From a virus, in IMG/VR virus record IMGVR_UViG_3300010048_000001, positions 41,197 to 105,196 of that record: a stretch of 64,000 bases of DNA; one strand, 5' to 3'. The translations under genes and the position numbers were made by a program. How positions within the stretch are numbered: the first letter of the stretch is position 1; the number at the start of each line of letters is the position of its first letter. Shown here one piece after another: positions 36,376-45,300 of the stretch. Below the pieces are notes generated by a model that was not told the origin of the DNA, did not search any database, and saw only the letters and a list, made by a program, of their open reading frames with translations.

Positions 36376-39300
36376 TTAGGGCGCCGTAGGGAGTCCCTCG
36401 GCGCGCCGCACCATAGGGCGAAGCTGCTCCATTTCCTTGTCTCGCGTAATATAGAACTGATCGAGAGCTCGGCGCTTAGCCTCGGCGCTTGCCCCCTGAT
36501 TCATCAGAGTTGCCTGTAACTGCTTGCGCTGCCGAGCGAGCACCATCCCGGCGCGCTGCATGGCTTTGTCGAGTTGCGGGCTATACTCTGGATGCTCCTG
36601 TCGTAACCTCTCGACAGCTTCCGCATCACCCATCTGGGAGGCTTTTTTCATGCCCTGCCCAACGATCGAAACCTCTTTCTTGAGATCGTAGAAGTCTGTT
36701 TGGATCCGGTTCGCGGCCTCAGGTCCCTCTCGGACGAAGCGGTTCAGGACAGGCGTGTCGGCGCCGCCCCATGCGGCCTGCTGCGGGAGCCAGCCAGCGC
36801 TTTCGCCGATAGCATCTGTCGCTGCCGTAATGTAGCTGGCCCAGCCGGCAACGTAGCCACGGAGCAGATGCTGCACGACTTCGGGCGAGGCTTTGACAGG
36901 GGACACAGCATTGTACGCATGCGTCAGCGCAACGATCGACGGACTGTTGAGCGGGCTGTATAGCCCGGCCGCATTCTGTGCCTCATCCGCCTCATTAACG
37001 ATAGGCCGTCCAGTGTAGCTATCGGTGTTGAAGTACGTTTCGATCGCGGGCTTAACCGCAACGGGGATCGGATTGAACTTGAACGTGTTGAGGACCATGG
37101 CCGTGAAGGCTTTCGTCAACGCCCGTGTGCTCCCAGCTTCGGTCCCGTTGAAATAGTCCAGCAGCATCTCCGGTAATGAACCCGTAAGAGCACCAACCTC
37201 GAAGGGCTTGGGAATGCGGACGTGCACGGCGTCTGGCCCGTTGCCAAGCCAGACGTGGTAGGCATATTGCCGATCCCAGTCTTCCAGCTTATCCCATTGC
37301 TCTTTATGGTTCTCTTGATTGTATTCCCAAAGCGCTATGGCAGCTCCAGCCATCAGCCCCATACGCGTCAAGACGGCATTGCGATCCTCTCCGATCAACC
37401 CTCGGCCGGTGCGGGCGAGGCCTTGCCAGCGGGCATTGAGGAACGGGATGGTCTGCGCGAGGAACATCGGGATAGCGCCATCGCCATGCGTCGAGAAGTC
37501 GAGGAGGTCTCGAGCTTGGCGCATCGCCTCCGCCTCGTCACCGGTCTTCGCCAAGATGTGCTCGTAGACAGCCGCGCGTGGCCCCAAATCAGCCGCCCGC
37601 GTCATTCCCTCGCCAATCTTTTTGACGAACCGATACCAATCGGCCGCGGTCTGTACGAGACTGTTCTGGAACTCCTTCCCCTCTATCTGTTCGCGAACGC
37701 TTCGTGGCATGTCGATGTCGTAATGCCCTGACACCGTCCCCGCCGACATCAGCTTCAACGCAATCGGATCCAGGCCGCGCGCCATCCGCACCGCCGACGT
37801 CATCGACGCGATCGGGTTTGTCCCGGTGAGCGCATAAGCATGCAGAGCCATGCGTAGATTGTGGGCAAGAGCGAAGGCTGGGTCGAACACAACCGCACCA
37901 CGCAGCAAACGGGCTGGACCAGCGAGGACACGCGTCAGCCCGTTCACGGTGCTCGGCCCAAGCGCCGCGATCGAGCGAAGCAAGAGCGGATCCTTGACCT
38001 CGCCATATTGCGGCTTGCCGTCGACCATGACCGAAACGACGTTGGGATGCTGATCGGGGTTTTTGATGGCAGCGAATAGGCCTTTGGCGGCTTCCTTCTG
38101 CTCCGCCGTCATCGTGGCCGGGTCGAGTCCCAGATCCGTGAGGAAGTCGCGCACCGCCGGATCACCGAGCTTCGCCTCAAATTCTACACGAGCCGCTTTG
38201 CTCATCGGCGTAATGGCACCCGTCATGGTTCCCATGTCGTATGTTAGCTGCATTGCGCGGTTCTTCATGCCGCGGCTGATCATCGCCGACGTGTTCATGA
38301 CCGTGTTGTCGAGGATATTATTGAAGCGAGCTTCGCCGCCCTTGAGCTCCCGGATCGGCGATCTCTGTCCGGCAATCCCCTGTCGCCCGGGCGTGACGCC
38401 TTTGGTTCCCTCGGGATCAATCGCACGGAAGAACGGCACGTAATCGTCGTGGTCAAAGAGTGTGCGGCTCTGCGGATTAATGAGCCCTGTCGCCTCGCCG
38501 AAGTTCAACAGGTTGTGGTTGTATTCCTGCAGCTCCGCGTGCGCGGCCTGGAACGGATTTGAGCCGTCGGGCTGCGCATATAGCTGGTCGAGATCCCTAT
38601 ACTTGTCGACCATCTCGGGCGTGATGTTACGCTCGCGGCCTTCGCCGAGCAGCCGCTCGCCGCGTTTGATGCTTGCCCAGAGCTGGAAATCATCGAGGGC
38701 GCTCTGCCCCATATCGGCAATCGGCTTGAGGATCTCCTGAAGCGGCTTAGCTCCTTCTATTTGTTCGACGCGCCCAGAGGTGGGATCGAAGCGCACCTGC
38801 CCGCGTTCAATAACAAAACGGCTGACTGCATGAGAATTGCGCGCGAGGCGCGCAGCCTCGGTCGGCGAGAGCGCTGCCGGCAACAGCTTGCCGCCACCGG
38901 CAATCTTTTCCTGCCTCTCAAGCCCGGCAAGGTTGTCGAGAACGTGCGCGACAGCGCCGGTCACTCCTTGGTCGCGAATCGCGGAGAGCTTCTCGCGAGT
39001 GCGATCGAGAAAGCTGCGGCGGTCGGTTCTTTGGATTGATTCTAAATCTTTGCCGCGCTCTTCCGGCGTGCCCCAGCGCCCCCCTCCGGGCGGCGAAGTA
39101 GGCGGACCGCCTCCCGGTGGCCCTGATGCGGAGAGCCCTAACTTCGGGGCTTCTGCCCCTGCAGCGACAATGCTTGCTTCGCTTCCTCGATTGCCGCCTT
39201 CACCTGTGGATCGTCCTGCGGCAATTCCTGCATGTGTTCCAGAAATTGCTGCCATTGCCTCTTTGGGGCGTAGCGCCCCGGCGGATCGATAAAGCCGATC

Positions 39301-42300
39301 ACTCGTCTCTCCCTCATCCATGCCTCGCACATCTTTTACGAGGCGGGCCTTCAGCCAGGCGGGAATATCCTTGGTGCTCACATAGTCAATCAAACCGCCC
39401 GCCGCTAGGAGCCGGTTGCGAGCTTCCCACAAAAGCTCATTCGCTCGCTCCCGCGGGAGCATGCCGCGCTTGACCAGCGGGTCGATGACCTTGGCCGCAG
39501 TCGCTTCTGCACTCGCGGCCATCTGCCTAATTTGCTCTTGCCGCTCGACCGGGTTGAGTGGCTCGAGTAATGCCCGCCCTTCTGGCGTCAACGACGCCGA
39601 TGTTATGTGGCCGTCGGAGCCTTCAGCAGTCACGCTGGCGATGCCGTGCGCGGCCAAGGACATGATGTCCGGAATAGAAAGCGGGTTCCGAGCGGCCGGA
39701 TGATTATGGTGAAAAGCGGCGGGAACCGTATCGGGGTCCCATAGGCGGCGGAGCAGACCATCTGAAAACTTAATCGCACTAGGATGACCTGAAGTGCCGG
39801 CCTCAATAATTTGGCCATCCTGTCCGACAATTGCAAAATACTCATGCCCCGAAAGAAGCCCAGCAGAGGAGACGTAATCCCTGGCCGCTTCATGTCCGCC
39901 GACAAGGTCCGGGGAATATTCTGGTGAAGCACGAAGGCCTTGTGCTTCTTCTGTCGTATTGCTCGCGCGCTTTATTCCGGCGTAGGGGTTCTCGCCTGGC
40001 CCCGTCGATTCCCAGCCCCGCGGGTTTGCAGCCAAGCCCTCCTCACGCCCGCGCTGCATCTCGACGACCGGCCGGCGATTGCCCATGATGGCACTGAGCA
40101 CCTCGGCAGCCCGCTCGCCGGTCGGGATAAAGAAGCGCGTCTGATAGCCAATGCGCTCAACAAACGCTCCGCTGTTTTCGAGCTCCGGCCGATCCCGATA
40201 ATCCGGCCCGGTCAGCTCGAGTCGCGGCTCGCCGGCGACGGTAGCGCGACGGATCGTCCACCCGTTTGCCAACGTTGCCCGATCGCCGTCCAGCACGCGC
40301 TGGGCGACCTCGGCCGGCTCATATGTCTTGCCGGCGGTCTCAGCGCCCAGCGAGCGCAGGACCTGCCCGATGTGATCCTCGTCGACGACTCGGCCAAGCA
40401 TCCGTTCGCCGTCGGCCGTCTGTAGCCGGTAGACCTTCGGCGTCCCTGACAGCCGGTCCCAGATTGGCAGTATCGACCCTGTTATCAGGTGCTGGGTTTT
40501 GGCGCTGTATTCCGGGATCGTCGCAAGCTGCTTGTCCCATAGATCGCGAGCCTGCGCTTCGTCGCGGACGAGCTCCCAATTCCTATCGGCCAGCGGCCCG
40601 TCGATATTTCGGCGCGCGGCATATTGCCAATCGAGCGGTCCGGCCAGCCGGTAATTCTCCGTTACGGCTCCGGTGTTCGGGTCCGTAGTGTTGCTTGCCT
40701 CGGCAACCGCAAAGACCTTCCCGGTGCGTTTCGAGATCGCGTAGAACAGAGGCTTTCGCCCCGAGAGATTGCGTTGGCCGGCCGCGATCTGATCGAAAGT
40801 CGCGGGGTGATTTTTGTTCTCGACCTTCAATCGAACATACTTGGTTTCCGCACCCGACTGCGGATCCTTGTAAATCGGCTGGTCGGCTTCCTTGGTTATC
40901 CGATCGCCCTTCAGCGTCTCAGTCCCGACATCGAGGGTCCCAGCTGCGGCAGCGCTGTCGACCGCATCGTTGAGACGATCCTCGAACTCGCCAAAGACTT
41001 TGTTCTGCATGTCGAACTTCAGCGACAGCAGACGATTGAGAAACTGGGTGATCTCCGGGGGATCGGTCGGATTGCCGTTCTCATCTTTGAGTCGCAAGCC
41101 GGTCTGCGCCTCGAAGTCAGCCGGCTCGATTGTGCCGATTTCACCGCGGCGCATCGATCCCCAGAAAGAGCGCAACGCCGCGGACGCTTCCGGACTTTCA
41201 AGGTTGTCCCGAGCGCTAAAGAGTCCCTGCTCGCCGGCCCGGCGCTCGCCCTTCGTGAGCGCGCCAAGCTGCGAGAGCCGGCGGGCAATCGAGGAGATAA
41301 AGCGCCGTTGCCCCTGTAGATCGGTCGTCACGAGATGGAAGATCGGAGCCGACGCCTGGTTCGTTCGGTGCGTGCGTCCAAACCCTTGGATGGCCTTGTC
41401 CGCGCGCCAGCCGGCTTGCACCAGATAGTGTGAGCGCTGTGCATTCGAGCTCGGCGCCGTCAGGTCTGCATGATAGCTACGCCCGGTGCCGCCGGCCTGA
41501 GAGAAGACGAGGATCGGCTTTTTAGCGTTCTGAAAAGCATCCGTCTCAGCCGCATTCGAATCGCCCGGCCGTGACTCTAATGTCGCCCGTGTGACCCCTT
41601 TCTCATCGGGCTTGTGCACAACGCGCTGCTTGCGGCCTGTCACCTCGGCAACCCTGTCGGTCCCGAAATGGTTCAGCAGCATTTCCAGCGGCCCGTGCGG
41701 CACCCGGATGCTGCCCAGTTTGTCGAGCAGCTCGTCGCGCATCCGCACCGCTTCGGGATTCTCGACGATGTTCCCCTGACTGTCCTTGACGACCTGCCAG
41801 CGCTCGTTGCCGTTCTCGTCGATATATTTCTCCCACTGGGCTACCGGGAACGATTTCTCGACCATTTGCATCAACTGGTCGCGCGGCGTGAGGTCAAGAT
41901 CCTCGAGGTCCTCCGGAGCTTCCTCGGCTCCCCCTTTTACTCTCTCGATCGCCCGTTTCTGCGATGCCTCATTGGTATTGACCAGCTGCAGAACGGCCTG
42001 CTGGCCTTCCTTCAGGTCTCCCTCGATGGCCCTCAGGACCGATGGCATCTGCATCGCGGTAATAATCTGGTTGAAGAACCGCTGATGCCCGGACCAGAAG
42101 GCGCTCATCGCCGCCATGCGTGCTCTTGGCGAGGCCTGTGGCTCTCCAGTGCGGCCTCCCGGCTCCCCGGTAATCCCGAGAGCGGCGTTGATATTCTTCA
42201 AGACGGTCTGCCAGGCACCGGCAAGCTCATCGTAATTCTCGCGCTGCTCCGGCGTCAGCTGGTGTTCGAGGCGGTCATATTTGACGTCGTCGTAGCTGAG

Positions 42301-45300
42301 GTTCCGCGACACATAGGAACCCATCGCCTTCATGTCGCGCGCCACGAGCTCCATCGCCGCGATGCCGCCAGAGCCGATGTTCTGAATGAAGGATTGCTTG
42401 CTCGGGAAAGCCGTGCCGCGGCCCCAAAGCCCTAGCCGCTCCGCATAGGCGAGGTTCGAAACTTCCGTGGCACCGGTGGCCGAGACATAGACGACGCGTG
42501 CGTTTGGCAACTTCTGTTGGAGTTCGATGCCGGCGAGCGCCTTCGCTGCAGCCTCTTTGGTCCCGCGGCTTCCTTTTTGCGCAACGCTATTGGCGAGATT
42601 GTGACTGTTATGGACTAGGAGACCATTGGCAAAATAGTTCGCCGTGCCGGTTTCTACGTTGAATACCTCGACAGAGCGACTGCATCTATCTCTGCCACAA
42701 CCAGTTCGACTTCCTTGAGGATGCGGGAATTCTCGAACCGCAGAACCACCCACCCAAGATTCTCTAGATATGCGGTTTTCCGCGCATCGCTTTGCTGACG
42801 TGCCGCGGCCTTGTGGCTGTGGCCGTCTACTTCTATAGCAATCCTCAGGACAGGATTCGCAATATCGATCCGGTAGCAGCGCGGGTACCCTTCGCGGACT
42901 GGCTTGACGCCCACTGGGAATTCCGGCTCCCACCTGAGATGCCCGAGCAATAATGCCTGTGCCGGAGGCATTGGCTTCCCATTCCCGCCACGCCCGCTCT
43001 TGGCTGGGTTCCCTATATGTCGCTTCGCGTAATCCATATTGTGAAACGGGTTCCGCTCTGAGGACAGATATCCCGCCAATGACTCCTGATATTGCTCCGT
43101 CCGTCTCGTTTTGTTCAGTCGAACTCGGGCAGCTTGATCGAACGCCGCGCGGCGCTCTTCGCTCATGCGTGATCTTACCGAACCCATCCTGGCGGCAGTG
43201 GCTTGCGCAGTGCATGACCTGCTGCAATAGAGATTTTTGTTGTGCGGGTATTTGACCGGGAATTCCCTCCCGCAGTTTTCGCATATATGTGTGTTTGCCA
43301 TCTTGTGATAGATAGCGAATGCGATCGTTCTCGTCAATCCAAACCGCTGGAACATACCCCGAATCTTCGGTCCAGACCGGGTGGTTCCCCGTCATAATGA
43401 CGGGTCCGATAACATGGAGGTGAGCGCGGGTTGCCCGGGTGAAAGTGCGCTTCACACTTGTCGGGACCACCCGGTTTTCTGCGTGATCAAATCCCAAGAC
43501 ACAATCGCCAACCTCCAACGATTCGATGGGCCGCGATCCATTAGGCGTAGCGATCAGGGTGCCGGCTGGCACACATTCATCAAATGCGATAACCCCATCA
43601 AAGTCAGGCCCAAGCCAGTTGGCCAGCTGATCGATCCGGCGTTTGCCTTGAAGTGTCTTGCCTGTCTTCTCGTCTTTCCCAAGACGCTCGCCACCCTTCA
43701 ATGTGTCATAGGTCGTGAAAGCAATCCCCCGGTCTGCCGTCAGATCGTTCCCGGCTTTCACCTTGCCCAGATTGAAGATCTCTTTCGGATCGCGGCCGAG
43801 CCCCTTCCAGTCGCGCTGTGCATCCTCGATCAGCGTTTTGTTCTCACTGATCCACAATGCCTTTTTCTTACCTTGCATGTAATTATCAAGTATAATACCG
43901 GCAACTTGCCTCCCTTTTCCAGTGCCCGTGCCGTCGCCGAGAAAGAAACCACGACGAAATGGCGTCTCCCCGGCAATGGCCGGAAGTATTTGTGAGTGGG
44001 CATTACCTGCGTATGTTATCGCCTCTAGTTGAGCGTCAGACAGAGCGCCGCTAGATATTAACTCATTAGGCAACCGCGGCGCATAATCAACGCGCGGCGG
44101 CATGACAGAAGCCAGCGCCGCGGTCTGTACCAGCGCGCCAGGATGCGCCTGCGATCCCTCTATCTGGATACGCTGCGGCCGGTATGGCTCGTAGACCGCT
44201 TCGGTGACCTCGCCGTGCGAGCCTGCCGGATCGGCAACGACTTCGTCGACCTTGGCCGCTTCGGGAAGCGGTTCGCCCGCTTCTACCCCTGATGACTCGC
44301 CGCCGGCCGGTAATACGGATCCTGCCCCGCCTTCAGGTCGTAGAACCACTCCATGAGGCTCTGGGCCGCCTCCTCCCACGACCTCGCCTGTTCCAGGAGC
44401 GACAGCAGTGTTTGGCTCTGCTCCGCCCAACTCGGGCCCTGCGGGTTGCTCTGGAACCAGCGCATTACCTTCACCGGGTCGAGACTCGGGTCGTAGAGCT
44501 CCGACGCCGCCTGGCTCAACTCCGCCCGGTACTGCTGGCCCTGCCCCGGGAGGAACAGGCTCGACTGGAACCCGAGGTTCAGGAGTTGGACCAGATACGG
44601 GGAGTGTGGGTCCGGGGGCTGGTTCGCTTGGCGCAACCACCGCTGGGCCGCCTGGTTCACCGGCCACTGGTTCACTGGGAGCCCGTTGTTCCGTAGGAGT
44701 TGTGGGTTGCCGATCATTTCTCACCTCATCGAGGCGCTGCATAAGATCTGGGAGTGAACTGGCTTCGCCCAATACTGGTGGGCGGCCGGACGGCGGATTC
44801 TTGTCGATGACCAGAAGCCTGGTCCCGAAATTCGTACCGTATTTGCTATAGATGCTGCCCGGCACCCCCATGTTGGCGCGGACCTCGAACGACCCGGACA
44901 TACGCCGCCACCACGGTGCGAAGGTCGACGAGTCCATACCCATCCCGCGGCCGACAATCGCCACAAGCCGGCCGCCGGGCTCGAGCCGCTTCATCGCCTC
45001 CTCGATGTGCCGGGCCCCGGTCATCAATACTTTCTTGTCGCCCATGCGCCCGGCCGTCTGAGAGAACGGCGGGTTCATCAGCACGACACTCGGGCGCACC
45101 TCCGGTGGCAGGATGTTGTGTAACTGTTCAGCATTCTCATGGTAACCGCGTGTAACGCCGAGTGACTCGACATTTGCGGCTCGCGGCAGGAAGAGCTCGT
45201 TTGTCGTGATCTCGCGCGGGTACGCGTTCTTCGCCATCGCGACCAAGCTGCCATTGCCGGCACTCGGCTCGAGGACATGATCCTCTGGCGTAATGTTGGC

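Larger units (their letters stand above)
42607..43575 (-). mobile_element. Intein (323 aa) inserted in the helicase Walker B motif (FDE^SHN)
   Basis: N-terminal CVPAGTLIATPNG; block B TGNHPVW; C-terminal VFNVETGTANYFANGLLVHN followed by Ser+1. Confidence 0.93.

Noticed and set aside
39630-41836. Other same-strand alternate-frame ORFs in the giant gene (39630-39932, 39972-40163, 40340-40579, 41019-41288, 41603-41836)
   Set aside because: They overlap well-formed domains, read as R/S/P-rich shadow sequence, and no convincing SD was noticed
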